From NCBI GenBank assembly GCA_965285935.1, contig OZ260664.1, forward strand, positions 33,480,001 through 33,544,000: 64,000 bases of DNA, given 5' to 3'. Position 1 is the first letter of the stretch, and every line of letters begins with the position of its first letter. The translations under genes and the position numbers were made by a program. Shown piece by piece: positions 35,538 to 51,090 of the stretch. The stretch comes from Ophelia neglecta (Eukaryota). The notes beneath the pieces are model-generated. The model did not search any database. It was not told where the DNA came from and worked only from the letters and a program-made list of their open reading frames with translations.

Positions 35538-38165
35538 TATTATTTTTTATTCAATTTTTAACATACTTATACATAGACAAATCAAATACATATTCCAAGC
35601 ATAGCAAAATAAATGTGTATGTATATTCCGTGATTACGTACTTTCTTTTCCCTCTCGTACAGAATGCACTGGTTGGGATGTACGTCTCTCTCACAATACC
35701 TATATTTAGCAATACTCAGGTTACCTATCATTATAATCTTATTTATTGCAATGAAATGTTTTCTAGGAATAAATTTATCTAAAATACCAATTATTATATT
35801 TTCTTCTGTAAGAGTGAAATTTTAACCCAATATGCTTGCTATATCAATCTCTACCATTCTCCACAGTGGCCTAACAATATAACAATAGTAAAACAGGTGT
35901 TCTAAAGTTTCTGTCACTTTACATTTTTCACAGTCGGGAGTGTCTGACTTTCCTATTTTATAAAGATATGAGTTGGAAGGGTAAACGTGGTGCAGTATTT
36001 TCCAATGCAATGAAAGTAATCTACTTTCTGAACAAACTGATTTTGGTAATGAGAATGTTTCACCATCTATAGCTTTTTCCCCAAATTTCTCCAATATTGA
36101 GACATACATTCAGTATAATTAGGAAGTCGAGCCAGTATCTCACTCTCAAGACTTTTAACACTCGTATTGAGCCTCACTTTTACACTGTTGTAATAAATTC
36201 CCCTATTATCATCAATTAATGGCATATTTTGCGGAGTCACCGATTTCAACGCATTACTTACAATATTATATTCCCAAAGTGTTTGGGGACAATCTGGAAA
36301 TTTTTCAGGTACTAAGTTATATGTAGGAATACCTTCACTCAATATGTCTGAAATGTATACTAAATCATGGTCAATCCACCGTTTAACATATATATCATTA
36401 CCACGACACTTCACGTGATGGTTGTTAAAAAGAACACAAGAGTGGTAATTATCACATTTCCAGTTATCGTCCAACCATGTTAGCTACAATTGTTTCCATA
36501 AACCTGGACAATAACCACAAAGACCCCTGAAGGCATATTTGGAAACGAAACTATCGAACCCACCAAAATCTTGGCCAAACCTTTCATTAAAAAATTCCGG
36601 AATTATTCTCCCCTTTCCCTGTAATTGAGATATTAACTTCAATATCTATTTGAAAGATAGTTTTTTGAACATAATATGCGCGTCAATCATTTTTAATCCA
36701 CCCTCTTCGTAATTACATATTACAATGTTTCTTTTCACCCGGTCTGTTGCTGATGTTATTTGGGTTGGAGAGTTGCTTAGTCAAAACAATTTCTGGAACC
36801 AGTATACTTTGCATTAAGTATGCAAATTGGGATAATGTAAGACACTTGGCTATTTGAATTTTACCCATTATACTTAAATTTCTAGTAAGCCATAACTTGG
36901 CAATTTCATTGCATTTGGTCAATCTATCTTCAAAATTCAAATACATTGATTAGCTCTCTTTGTACCAGAAAAATAGGTACCAAGAATATTAAAGCTTGTT
37001 TTCAGGGTATAGCTTTGACTTTAGATTATACAACTGTTTTCTACGAAACTTCTAGCAACCGAACCAAATTGCCTCAGATTTCGATGTGTTGAGTTCCAAA
37101 CCCGAAGTCTCGAAAAAATAGTCGACAGGTTTGAGAAAGATATATAGCGATTTTTCATCCTGAACTAGACCAGAGCAATCATCTGCGTACTGGAAAAGCT
37201 TGAAAATACTTTCAGTTCCATACACAAAAAGATCCCTATAATGTCGGAGGTTTGCCTTAACTTACATGCTAAAATTTTTAAGGCTAGAACAAATAACAAT
37301 GGTGACAGAGGACAGCCTTGCCGTTTTCCCCTGTCTAGAGAGATAGATTTAGTGGACCAACCACTATGTTGAACTTTGGCAATGTTATTTGTGGATAGCA
37401 GTTTTATCCAATACCTCAATATGGGACCGAAATTGTACAAGTCTAACGTTTTTAGCATAAACTCTTTTGAAATAGTATGTAATGCCTTTTTGAAATCTAA
37501 GGCAACCAATATACCAGGGATATCTTTAATTTCAATATATGCAATAACATCATCAATAACGCGAATTATATCATGTGCTGACCTCCCCTTTATGAAGCCT
37601 GCCTGATCGTGAGAAATCAATTTGTCAAGGACTAGAATTAAACGACTTGCCAATACTTTTGCAGCTATTTTGTATTCAACCGTGCTTAGTACTATGGGTT
37701 GCCAGTTGCCCAATGAATCACGGGAAGACGTTTACCGTTATGTTGTAAGGTAATTATACTAGTTCTTTGTCTAGTGGTTATTTGGCCGATGCGAAATGAT
37801 TCATTAAGACTATCAGTAACCAAGCTACCAATATTATTCCAAAACATTACCATCCTGCCGTGAAACCATCAATTCCAGGACTTGAATCATTTTTCATTCT
37901 GTATAAAGCCTTCCCACATTCATCTGTATTGAATAAACATTCACACTTAATTAGATCATCTTCGGACAACTTAGGTATATCAATATTTTCTAAAAAACGC
38001 CCTATATTTCCGATATTGACCTGTTCTTTTTTTCCGTATAAATTACTGTAAAAAAGTGCCAATTCAGATAAAATACCGTCCCTGGACTCAACAGCCACAC
38101 CATCACCTCGTTTAAGACTGCGAGTAGTCTTCTTTATTCAGTGATTCCTCTCTAGTCCGAAGAAA
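35538..38165 (-). mobile_element. 5'-truncated, frameshifted non-LTR retrotransposon (L1/Tx1 clade) ORF2 remnant
   Basis: Ordered fragments FFFGLE, FYSNLY, SSPGIDGFTA, NWQPIVLSTVEYKIAAK, DQAGFIKGR, LDFKKA, RQGCPLSPLLF, LSIMGK and the zinc knuckle CEKC..ETLEHLFYYC. An AATAAA/(TAA)n tail lies at ~35538-35550. AACTATATTAT repeats at 35527-35537 and 38166-38176 (probable TSD). Confidence 0.9.
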
Positions 38166-38689
38166 AACTATATTATGTTTTTTTTTTTGCATAAATTATG
38201 ATTCATTGTGACATTTTCCATATAGGCAGCATATTTCGGAGACTGATAATGAAAACATATCAGACCGATCATTTGTCCATGGCCCACGTCTGTGTTAGTA
38301 TTCTGAAATGTGATAAAGACAGTAATGTTGCAACAGCAACAGCCTTTACAGGGGTTAAGGTGAGTTCTTGACAAATAAAGACATTATCTCTAGTGTTGTG
38401 TAGACTGCCAATACCTTTTAAAAGTTGCTATCTGATAGTACAATACTTTTACTTTTACATCCTTTGAGCTGCTGAATCTATCCTATGAGTTGTCAAAACC
38501 AGCATGATTTATGATTCTACAACGACCATAAAAGATGATTCACACTATCATAGAACAAAAACTGCGGAGTAACGACTAATATTCTACGTCTGGTGAGATG
38601 TTTGGTTCCTATTCGATGAAGGCTAGGATCAACATTAATCGCAAGTAGTAAAATTAATTTGACACATATTCATTTCACATTGGCATTGG

Positions 38690-39340
38690 GAATGACAAGT
38701 TGGCGTCATCAGCAGAAAAATTCCAACCCGATCCCTCCATTCAGAAATACCTGAACACAAAAAGTATAACTTGACGGAATGGTCACGCCGAATTATTGGC
38801 AGTTTTGTCTAAAATCCACTTGCTGACGTAGTCAGCAATAAAGTCGAGGTAATGATCGCATATGGTCGTTGTAGGGCCTGGTCATCCGACCTTTAAGCAA
38901 CTTACGAGCAATCTTACGACACTGGGGGATTTTCATCTTGGCTGGATATTACATATTTTCAAATAAAAGCCTTAGTGACAGTTTACACTCCCGTTATGAC
39001 GCATTTCGTATGCCTATTTCCAGGTTTTACGTACACTGCCTAAATTCGATAGTTGCCCCCATCATAACTTCGGTTATAATGATCATTTAGAGTTCGGGTG
39101 AACTGTTTCTGAAAGCCAAATCGTGCAAATAGTACGTCTCGGTATACCAAGCAGATAGAAGTTTTCCATGTTACAAGTTGATCATTATGCTATTCATCAT
39201 CATCAGGACCAGATTGGTTTATCCATTGCTTATTCCCTGCTCCTAGCAATGACAAAACTAACTCAGTGAGTTTTGAAAGCCGAATCGTTAAGCTTTTCGC
39301 CCGAATTGGAAGAAAAACAAATCGGTGACAACTTGGAGAC
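38690..39340 (-). mobile_element. Very old CR1-like RT remnant
   Basis: Correctly ordered degenerate motifs HRFVFLPIRAK (YRPISLLP..K), FGFQK, TKAF and FSADDANL over ~600 nt. Confidence 0.35.
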
Positions 39341-41982
39341 AAACGCAGAAACGGAGAGCTGTGCTTAGTGTTTGGACTGTTCATTAAGTGTCCTTATGAC
39401 ACTATTACTAACTGTATATATCATGAACTCATCTACATTTGGCATAAATCGCTGTATTCCAGAGTTCTGCTCTCTACGTATTCCATATTATCGGATTTGT
39501 ATCCGATAGTTACGTATGACCATTCGATTTGTCTTCGAACCGGCCCGAATTGTCTCAATATTTTCACCTCCTTAACGTTTGAGAATTGTCTTTTGTCATA
39601 GGGGTTTAGAACTATCATAAAAGAAGTACTGGATTTGGTTTACTACGAGATTCTTTTTCCTTTTAAAACTTATTTGGTACGTGTGGCTGTATAGTTTTAT
39701 CGTTTACATTTGTTACGATTCGGGCGACAAATAAAATTGTCTCTAAAAGATCCAATTTCTACCTAATATCTTCTGTTTCTTGTTATCGCAATTTGAATCA
39801 AATCTGAAGATATTTTACAGCAATTATCGATTATTCCAGAGAGATATTGTTATAAAGTAGTCAAAGAAATCACGTTTAAACTATTTCAGGGCTTTTTTAC
39901 ATAAAGGGACACTTTTATTTGTTACATGAAAAATGTGGTTAATCTTACTATGAAAGCCTGTTCTCTTCACTTCACCACGATAATCAGCTCACAGTGAGCT
40001 TTCCAACATATAATTTGTATAGAAAGTTTATTGGCGGGCCACAATTTGGTTTACGTAATGCTAAGTAATAGGCGCTTTGAAAAACGCACAATAGTCCCTC
40101 CTCCAATGCAAAAGTTTCGCTTGAGACGTAGAAGCAAGATGATTGGTTATCTAAAACTGCAATAAATTTCAAAATTCATTCAACAATTGTTAACACGTGT
40201 TCACCAATAATTGCCCTAAGTTTATTTTACGCCTGTTTATTCGAGACTGAGCATAGTGTAGAATTTGCCATGTGTTTTCTGATTGTGACGAGTGATATGT
40301 TGATATGTCGATAATCGATAAGTGTTCGTTTTCTTAAGGAATAATACCCAAGAGTAACGTTACTCCCTTACTTAAGATGGTTAAATATCAAGAACATGGA
40401 ATTAACAGGTGATAAAAAAAAAATATGCCCGTGTCGTGCAGACCTAATTAGAATTGCTTCCAGTAAACTTTTCGTCTTGTGATATAACTCTGTCAAAAGT
40501 AGTATTTTTATAACATTAGCACAAGACATTTGTGACAACTGTTTGTTTGAAGACACTGGTGAGGTTCAGCCTAATTAGTAATTATACTCCCAATGGCAAT
40601 TGTCTTCAAGGGGCGTCATGGTTCAATGAGTTGTCTGTCCTACATTTTTGTATCACAATATTTACTATGTTCCTTATTATTTATCGCTTTGTTATATGTA
40701 CAGCCGGTTAACAATTATTCAACAATCCATATCGCCAAATAGCATCTGGCATTTTGAAAGAATGACCAGGCTAATTTGGTACCCTTTAAAGTCAAAAGTG
40801 CGGGGTCGGGGGTCCCTCTCCCTTCCTCCTAGCACCAGTACGGTAAGAGAGCAAATAAAAGCACACATGTTTCCCCATTGGTTGTACAAAAGGTGGACAA
40901 ATTTACCCATTACATTTAAATATTGAAATATCCCTATTATGGCAAAAACCTGTGCCATGATAAGTATTGATTCACGTGGAAATGAAATACGTCGTATATG
41001 TAATTTATAGCAAAATATCACATTCACAGCACTTACATTTCTTTTAGCTGTTTCGGTATTGATATGATAAAAAAATGAGAGGGAGAAATTCTTAACACTT
41101 GCTAGTCTTATCTCAAACACTTTATTCAAGGCAAGCGTGACCAAAACTCGGTCTTCGCAATGCAGCATTAGAATATGTGCCGATTATTTATCAGCAGAAG
41201 GCGGTTTTCACCATGCAAAATGTAGTGGAAGCATTTTTATGAGTCCCTTACGTCTCTTTCGTCAGAACCTAGATGTGATAGGGAACACCTCGTGTGTCTT
41301 TTGGGTTTCATATACCCATGCTCGAGGGACGAGGATTTGAGGAATACACACACTTATGGAGCTACACATAATGTTTACTGTATCAATGTTGTTGGAACTT
41401 CAAAGAAAATCGTATGAGCAGAAATTGTACAACGTTCTGCAAAACACACAGTGAACAAGGATAATTATAAAAATGGGGCCATCTGAAATACCAAGCGTGT
41501 TATATAATGAAGGCCTAGTCAGTAGTATATGTTTCAACATTGAATGCGTTGTATAGCCGAATGTTGCATTGGGCCTTGATGTACGAGCCCTAGACGGTCG
41601 TTCGGTATCGAATGGGCAAATGTTTATGGAACAAGACAGACATTGGTTCGCCTACCCGGTTTAATGTTCTTAGTGTGACATTAACGTGAGCAATGGTTTT
41701 AATCATAGCTTGTTCTTACTCAAGAGTTCAATGGGGCAATACAAAGTAATAAATTATTATAGCTGGCTTGCCTCGTCGAATGTTACTTGTTTTCCAACTC
41801 ATCTTCACAAAGAATCATAGTTTGCCCAAATAAAATATATTTCCTTTGTGCGTCCATGCAGCTGTTCATTGTCGTATGCGGGATGCAATGGCCTTACCAG
41901 TTGGCTTCAGGTTATCTGAGACGTCAGAGTAAAGCTTGTCTCACACTATACCGATGTTGGTCCCGACCTTGCCAAGTGTGAT

Positions 41983-42248
41983 CCAAATGTCAGACCTGGG
42001 AAACATCGGCGAACAGCGGGAGATACCGGGAAAATGTACCGTCACCATTGTGGGAAACCGGGAGTAGGACATTTTGAAAATAATTGCACATCGCTACCAA
42101 AACTAACTGATTTTGGTACCACGCCGATGTTTTAACACCGATGTCGTACAGGTCTACCTCCGTTGTACCCCGGCCTCTTCCGGAGTAGTATCGGTCTCTT
42201 CCGGGCTTTCCTGGGATCGTTCCCCTGTGTCCAGGTCTCCGAATTTGG
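41983..42248. mobile_element. Degenerate GC-rich fold-back MITE
   Basis: Ends CCAAATGTCAGACCTGG.. and rc CCAAATTCGGAGACCTGG.., with internal CCGGGA/TCCGG motifs in mirrored orientation. Confidence 0.6.
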
Positions 42249-45189
42249 AGGTGCCTTCTTCCGTTTTTTTGCTTTGAGTCTATCGCTATGGCTGAGTTTT
42301 TAGGTTAAGTCAAATGCAGGGAAAACACGCAATAATCAATAACTTAAGTAAACAAAATAATGCTCTCAAAGCCAACTTATTGTTTGGCTAATTAGCTATT
42401 TCGAGAGAGGCCATATAAGGCCCAGTATACATTCTTGGAGCATTTCATGTGGACTCTTATCAATTCCACATTGAATTATGTTTACTTTTTGGTATTTGGA
42501 TAACAGTAGACACATGGCCTTTAAATTAATCTTGCAGCGTATCTTATTGCATGAGAGGCATTTTGACTGATTGCCAGGGCTGACTCTACCAGATAGAAAT
42601 ATAAGATAATTATCAAAAGCTTGGAAATTACCAATAATACCCTTTGCTTTCCGACATTAACCGTATTCAGACAAACACATCGCAATTCCAAGCAGTACGC
42701 GGTTAAAGCAATCTACTCTGCCCAAGTTATAAGAAATCGATTGAAGCCAGCCCACGTACCAATACTAAAGTGGAACTAATAAGAAGGTAATTCAATTTTG
42801 GAATGTCTTTTCCTCTTTTGGGAAGCATCTTTCTTATCTTCCAATGACAGTCTGGGGATTATCTAAGTGCCGATGCCATTCGATCAACGTAACACTGGTC
42901 AATTAGCCCAGTCGATGTCTTGTATTCAAAGAAGGAGGGGGGAAATCAATAACAACTTTCAATGCTTCGAAGCGAACTGCAATGACCGGAATTGAAGAAG
43001 ACTGCGATCCTTATATTGAAAGCTCATGTATGAGCTTGATAACTAGGGCATTAGTACATGACGACTAGTTTTGATCAGAACCTGTTTCCATTGCATTACA
43101 TGACAAAACATATTCAATGTAAATACTGCATACGGGACATGATTGAAGTGCCTTAAACTAGTGTTGTCTCTCTGAAAATTAATAGCATAAGTAGTACACA
43201 TTATTTCAGAATATCTGGGGACAGCTTTTAAAATCATACACGGAAGTAAGATTATCGCGAATAAATAAGTTAAGTAACAGAGGAAAAAAGAAACGTTGAC
43301 AGCCACTAAAAGACTATTTTGACATTGTGGTGCCTGCATGGACGCTGCCGTATTTTTTGCTGCGTCTTTTAAGCAAATATGTGACCCAAAAAGGAAAGAT
43401 GAGAATATACGGAGCGACCGAATAAGAAATATATTTGATTATTCCTGAAAGTATTATTATTCTAAACTCATAAAGTTCAAATGCAAATATAGGTTTCTTA
43501 GGCCTGGTAGGAATGAAACTATTTAAAAGCCGTATGTATATGTTGTGCTCTAAGACTTCCCTCGATTAAACATTGAGATTCATAAACGATATGTAAATTA
43601 TTTCGGGTATGCGTTGTATTTGTTAAAACCCGTTGTAGTAAGAAGGGGATTTATGTCCTAACAGTAGTGATGCAACATAAATAAGGTATTCATGCCCTAG
43701 GTTATCAGAGGTATAATAGATATCTGGCACACATGCCGTCCACCTGATTTCCAGCTGCTGCCCCAGGCGCAGTAGCGGCGGGTCATTGTACCTAACTCAC
43801 TGCTGCGAGATCAAGCAAGACACACACTATCATTATCATCCGCATTGTATTAGACCAGCATCAGCCAATACCTCGAGACTGTCACTGTCTTTGATCCAGG
43901 AACACAAATATTTGATCCTTTGGTGGGTAGATATGCAACACTGAATAAATCCATTCGATATGTCGATGTAAAAAATAGTAAAGTAATGAGTAACAAAATT
44001 AAAAAATTATTTCGCATTATATACATTGTCGAAACAGACGACGATGAGTCTCTACGGTGGTGTGTTCTATTCTACCCTCTTCAATATCATGTATTGTTTA
44101 TTGAAAACAAATTTATTATTATTCTGGAATAGTGCTCGTTCATTTCATTTATACCAAGAGTCGTAGCCTTCGCTCAATATAAAAATGTCACGCTAAGAGT
44201 GGTCGTCACTAGTCGGTGTAAAATGATATGTGACAAGTATTTCCTTATATCGGAATTACTAGATTTCGGGAATGTGTGACATGATCAAAAGTTGGATAAG
44301 AACCTACAGTTTACAATCGTCTTCAAAAATGTTTTTTTTCGGCTAAAGAACAAAATATCATTGCTTAACCGACCAATGGTGGTGAGGGCAATTCTAATTC
44401 TTATATCTATGAGAATATTATGCCACAGCGGGATTAACCAAGGTCAGCCTGGTATAAGACCTGGTGTAAGACCCTGAAGACCTCAACACTGTCCAGACCA
44501 TGGCACAGTTTGTTATTAGTAGTACGAAGCTGCGCGTGCGCACCGTTGCATGGAATGGCTAAGAAGGTCATGAACGACTGTGAGTTGTGTACGTAAGTTA
44601 ATGACGAGGTATATTTTCGAGAAGATTGTAGAAATGTAATAAATGAGCTTTTGCGCCGGTGCCTACCTCAGAACTGTTGGCCTGAAGCAAATTAGCCCGA
44701 TAAATGTGGCTTCTTCACTTTCCCTTGCAGTTTCTTTCATATTTGGAGCAGCACATATACCGACCCCGTATTACGAAGCTTGTAACCGATATATGTTTGC
44801 TCATAGGTTCTCAACTTTGCGTATTATGATACGCAATTATTAATACACAAACTTTATCGTACGAGCTTAGTTATTTAAAACCCCAGGCATTTTAAATCCA
44901 AAGAGAGGAGGAGACATCCATGGACCATAACAACGTGCGACCCATTGCTAGGGCATATTTATGGTCAGGAACAAAGATGTAATTGAGTAAGGCAGTTCAT
45001 TAGCGACCGTTTGTATCCGTCTCACACAGACGTCTAAGCCGTAAATCGATTCACCCCCATCTCAGTAATCTGATTAAGTTCATTCTCGTATCCAGGATAA
45101 TCACTGGTAACTGAACTAGCCAGTAGAGATAACATGCACACCGGTAATACAATGAAATGAGGTACAAGGAATAATGATTTACCAAAACT

Positions 45190-45470
45190 CATTAATCTAT
45201 AGCAGTTGGGGTTTTGTCGAAATGTGGGAATGATAATTGTAGTCTCAAACCAACTCTCAGAAGCTGCACTGAGAAATAGAATTTAGAAACCTGTAATATA
45301 TTGGCCCTTGATGTAATGAAAAGCCCAGCAATGTGTATCCGAGGTAATACAAAGCTGAGTTTATTGTATCTCATGCCAAGTGAAGCCTGTTTATTATAAT
45401 CTGGGATGGTCTTTCTTGGACTGCGACGCCAATTCAAAACACTCGACATATGTATCCCCATACTTGTTTC
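45190..45470 (-). mobile_element. Degraded CR1/L2-type LINE ORF2 C-terminal fragment
   Basis: MGIHMSSVLNW (LG..D..L.W) followed by SFVLPRI (.FV.P.L.Y). Confidence 0.3.
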
Positions 45471-48400
45471 CCTTTTTTCAAACGCATAATATACGCAACT
45501 ATGGATTTCATGTCACTTGTTGTTAAAATAAGTGAACTCGGGCACGCCGTTTCATTTATGACCGGGCATTTTCATGCGGTTTTATGCGTTTCTGGAATCT
45601 GAGAGAACCGAGTTCATGTTATCGGACAAGAATCTTAATAGACAAATGTGTCAATTACATGACAAAAATAGTTACCGTGATCGCAACATGATACACAATG
45701 GAACGTGGATGAGATTTATACTTATAAACCAAAATAATGTGAATGCTTCTTTAAGAGATATAGAAACCGCTTGGAACCTTATGGTCAATTTGAATATTTT
45801 GTATTATGTTGTCCTATTTTTGTTTCTTAGTGTTGAAGATAAAATGATAATCCCCCATTAGTGCTTTAATGGATTTGGAATTTATATTGGGGATTATTTC
45901 ATTATATTGATTTGGAGTGTTTCCATAGGGCCATGTCAATACTGGGTAGATGTTACCGGAGGTTACCTGCTTTGCTCGGGTGAACCAGACGATTATGTTA
46001 GTGCCATACTTTCTACCAAGTAGACCATGGTAATTTACTGTAGCAATAAATCACGGCGTACTAAAATGAAAGCTTTTCTGTTCAGTGTTTCGATATAAGA
46101 GGGAATATCCGTTTGCAAAGTGAACATTAATAGTTAATCATGGATACTGGTATTTAAATGGCCCACTTACAACAACATGATCTAAATTCAATGATGTTCG
46201 TGTGATCGAATGTCGACCGGCCCATCTTCTTAAACCTAAATACAAACAATACTGAGAACTAGACGTGCTTTAAAAAACAGAAGAAGATCCATCTTTAAGG
46301 TTGGATATGCACACCCAGACAAATTCGAACTACATTTAAACAATAAAAAAGTAGCTGGCAGAGAAAAGAAACTTATAACCAGCATATTGTAATTCTGGAG
46401 AAACTTCAAGGCGGGATAGAACACATATTCTGCATCTTCTATTTTGTTGATGCAATTTGTTGATATACCCAAACCATATGAATAAACAAAATTATAGATC
46501 ACCGCCGTTAATTGGTTCCAGAGTAGAAACTTGTGTATGTTTGATATGAGACATCGGTGGTGCCTGACTATGTTATGTAAAAGCAGTATGAAAAGGGTTG
46601 TTGGTGAATATTAGGGGATGATTAATTGCACTGTGTTATCTTTGTAATGCTCAAATACACTAATGAACCATTTGCAGCATACACATTAATTTCCTGACCG
46701 ATGAAGCAGACCTGAAACGCAACACAATTTACATAGTCGCCATGATTTATGGCCAGGATTCGACTGAGAATAATTTAGTTCACTTATGGGGGTAACTTCT
46801 GCATAAGTGTCACTAATTTAGAAAACAAACTTAAGTCTTCCAGTGATGTCCGTGCCTCCGAAAAGGCGACATATACATGTTTTTTTCAAAGGTATTACCA
46901 CCAAGCAATTAGGATATGAGGGGTCGGTTGTATCAGATAGTTCGCGATGCATTCGTACCGATTTATTGGTTGCCTCTTGGATACCGAAATTACCTTCTAT
47001 GACTAGAAATACGAGTATAAGATCTCTTCTAGTGTCATTTCTAGGATGATTATAGCTCGGAGACAAGGTACACCAATACAAGTAGACCAGGCGCGATTTT
47101 CTCAGCTGAAGGCATCCTGGCAGGTAGTAAACTACTATGTCGAGACCGGATGCCTTATATTCTTATATAGCTTATATAGCTATTTGATATACTTTTTATT
47201 CAAAACCAGGGGAATACCAGGGCTGCCGGTAATAAGTGGTGTTCAGGGCGGGGGGGGGGGGGGAGGGGGGGACAATCATATGACAGCAAATGTTACAACA
47301 CCAGGCACATATTCTGGTACTGAGGGGAGAGAAGAACTACGAGATCAAATCTACCTAACATTATGGAATATCTCCCTTGTAAGATAGTCTAAAACTGTAG
47401 TTTGCTTTCCTCTTATATTTCCTTGCAAAGTTTTCGGTTTGTGGACTAGCGCGTTTACTGCTAATCATATAAAACTTCGGAAGTTTTTTTCACTTTGCTA
47501 GCCTAAGGTGGTATAGAAAATAACCGCTTTAAATTCATGGCACTAGTGTGTCTAGAAAGAAAATACCCCGACGAGCTGTAGTTTTGTGCCTTTGGTGTGT
47601 ACCCAGACAGCTCGAGTTCCGGCCAAATGCCCACGGCAATATAATATTTTGGTCTTTCACCAATCCATTCTTGATTTTTGATACTAAATTCTTCATTTGG
47701 CACTTGGACCATTCATTTTCATCTCCGTGGACGATAAAGTAATTTTCCCTTAATACTCGTGCATTCCCGTGCAAGGGACACGTACAACTCACTATGTCAT
47801 CTTAATAGTTATATGCCGGGAAGAGGGTGGCGATGTAAATCATCCAATAAGAAAATCTGTGAAACATTAATAGTGAACTAAACATTCGTAAATATCTCTT
47901 GCCATGTCTAACACTTTTAGCTAAGATATATTTCGATGTCTCTTTGAGTTGGACTTGAACCTAAAGCGCGGCGGCATCAGTCCCAAGTGTGATATTCTAT
48001 TCACGAAATTTGGTATTCCTAGTTCCTCGGGTTGGTAGCTAGACATCCGTCAATCAATAAGGTTAAAAAGGATACAAACCGCTAACTAATAAGTAGAATG
48101 CTGAAAAAATATAAGACAATGTATTGATAAAAATTATCACTGATCATTAAATAATATGTATTTTTATATCATAAATACATATAGGTGCATATGTAATAAC
48201 AACACATTTATCTATATTAATCCGCAGTTATTCATGTTTTAAATCGAAATGGGTTCGAGTTTGGCTCTAGTAAGTTTGGATTATCGTAATGGTAACCACG
48301 TACTATCTTGGTCCCAATTAAAAGGTCATATCTAACAGGTAAACAGGAACTAGTTTGACTGGAATAAGAAAGGAATCTCAAATAGGGGAACAGTTACCAA

Positions 48401-51090
48401 ACTGACGAATTAAGAATGTAATGGCGAATTGGGAAACATGAACCGGCTTGACATGAATAAGTAAGGGGTGTTGAAACATGAAATAGACTGAGTATGAAAA
48501 AGTTAGACATTTCGAACACGCTAACAAGAATTTGCTTGATCCAGATAAGTAAGGAAGATCTTGAAAGGAGGACATGTTTTATTGCTTTGATATTAATATA
48601 CGGACTCATATGCAATAAGGGAACAAGACTAAAGCATAGCTGCTGAAGTAAGACTGCATGTTTCTCTAAAATGTGTTGAAGAAAAACACTATCGCCATGA
48701 CGTTAAGGCACTATGCGACAGCATTGTTTTGCTGACACAAGAATAGGACTGTTAGGCATTAGATCGATAGTCAACACGACCCACTTATCAAACCTGCCAT
48801 GTATAACCAGTGTGCTTCCGGGATGCGAGTGTTTAATGGATTGTGATAAATGGTAGTGTCAACTCGTCACTCGCTGGCCAATGTGGTATGAGTGAGATTA
48901 ATGTTCTCGGGGTGAAAAATAATCCAAGTTTAACTTTAAAATAACCTTATTGAATATGAATTATGATGTACCTGATAAAACTTCAACGCAGTTGAGTGTT
49001 CAGAGCATGCAGAGTTACAAAGAATTTTAATGCGATACATTTCAAGCAATAAATCTTGGATTATTCATTCCGTAAATCCTCCATTATTAAACCTTTGAAC
49101 TTGGAATTGCTGAAGCAGGGACACATGTGCTTTTTGTGTGTGTGTGTGTGGGGGGGGGGGGCATAAGTTTCCACAATCTAAAGAATTCTGGGACCCTATC
49201 AAGCTAGCTGCCAGCTGAAGATTTACCGCCACTCTTCTCTTTGAAAGTGTTTAATTTGCTTACTTGGGTATAAGCATGTAGCATGAAAATGAAATAATTT
49301 CCGCTGTCACAAAAAGAAGGTACAAGAAGCCCCTTGGTGTGAAAGCCCATAAGATTGTTCGTTATCTTCGCATTAATTTGAAGGCATATTAACAAGGCAT
49401 TGACATAAGTGCCAGAGGAGTTCTTATTTGTAAAAACATCTTAATATATTGGAAGTTTGTATTTTGTTCCATGCTTTAACTGTCTTTTTTTGAATGTCCG
49501 CTGATAACATATTGTCAGCATATGTTTCCCAGCGCCATGTCACTCTTGTCAAATGCAGACGGTACAGCACTTTATGAATTGGCGTCTTGAAGAATATATC
49601 AAATATGCTGGAGAAATAGGAATATTTAAAGAATGATATGGATATAAACGGTAGTGGATACACGGTAGTCTATCTAAAATCAATCCGACGTCTACTGTTC
49701 GGCCAGAAAGTCTCAGAAACCTTCCACTATTTAGTGAAACATTAAGAATTGAAAGCATTTATTAGTGAATATGGTCGTGGACTTAACATAGAGGATTATT
49801 TTTCTTTTGAAACCTATTGACATTAATGAGGATAAAACATGTGGTAAATCATTATCTTATCTTAACTATCTCAAAGTGGTATGTCATTCTTCTCGGCTAA
49901 ATTGCTCTCTATTAAAGGCGTTTTCTCAATTGATGAAACTTACTTCATTAAACCTCCTACCCAGTGACTGGGTTGTGATATGCTTGTTCGACAATGGACG
50001 TAATAGTCTTGCCTGATGAAAGCCTCATCATCGCCAACCATTCCCCGCACTATAATGGAGATACAAATATATGAGATAGAGAAGCTGGTCCAATGAGGAA
50101 TTGGTTCTAAGCCGCCCTTATCAGCATTGACACACAGCGACACAGGGGATGTCTGTTTTGTGAAGGGCTTGAATACATTCCTTCATTGACGAGAAAAATG
50201 TCTATATTAACTGTCAACTAGGCATCCGTCTGTTCATTATGATAGGTCATTCAATTATCATATATCTTTATTCGAATGGAACAATCATGGTCAAAATGAC
50301 CTTCAACTCTATCAACCTTCACTAGAACACTTAAAGGTCGAGAGTTCCACATGACATCAAACAAACCGTCACGACTATATTAAAAAGCTTTCAAATAGCA
50401 ACTTTTTTGTTTGATGCGCCGTTTACCACCCACTCTCTTTGTTAAAACTCCAACATTCTATATGCAAACATTTTCAGTGCAACATAAACTCTTTGGAAAT
50501 CTAGTCATATTAGGAAAAAGGTGGACATATGTATAATGAACACGTAATGAAGGAATGATATTGCCTCAGCGTACTAGAGTCTTTTTAGAAATTTGTTATA
50601 TTACTTACTTAAATTTAATTGTGTAATCCGAACATTAGTCAGAACTAAAGCAAATTGTTTTAGCCAAACGCAAAATCACCCTGTCTAAATTAGGATTTTC
50701 AGTTCTAAGATCATAAGGTTCTCTGTCTGATTTTAGCATAAAACACTTAACCCTGGTGTCCAAATTGCTAAACCAGTGTAATACATATATAGGCTAAAAA
50801 GATGGTGAATCCTTTGTTGAATTTTCTCATCAATGAAATGGAACTGGAAAAAAAGACCTTATGGGATTTCGCTATACGGTTTGAAACAAGCATATTGTCC
50901 TTGGTCATATTGGAAACTTGTTTACTTTCAAGGCATCTTAACAATCTGCGCTAAATCAGGCAGGCCGGATATGGTTGAAGGTGAAACCAAGTGGCATTGA
51001 CGGCAAAATAGCACTCGACAGAGACTTCCAATACCAAAACAAAATTAGAGTCTCCGACACCACTGCCATAGCCCACACAGAAGAAATTGT

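Noticed and set aside
47950-48005. Minus-strand B-box-like GGTTCAAGTCC (also GTTCGA-like words at 1520, 4002, 31981, 48252)
   Set aside because: No cloverleaf can be built. At best these are decayed tRNA-SINE heads.
4147-49160. Poly-C/G runs (4147, 16224, 20834, 31871, 47250, 49150)
   Set aside because: Common homopolymers in animal genomes with no shared context.
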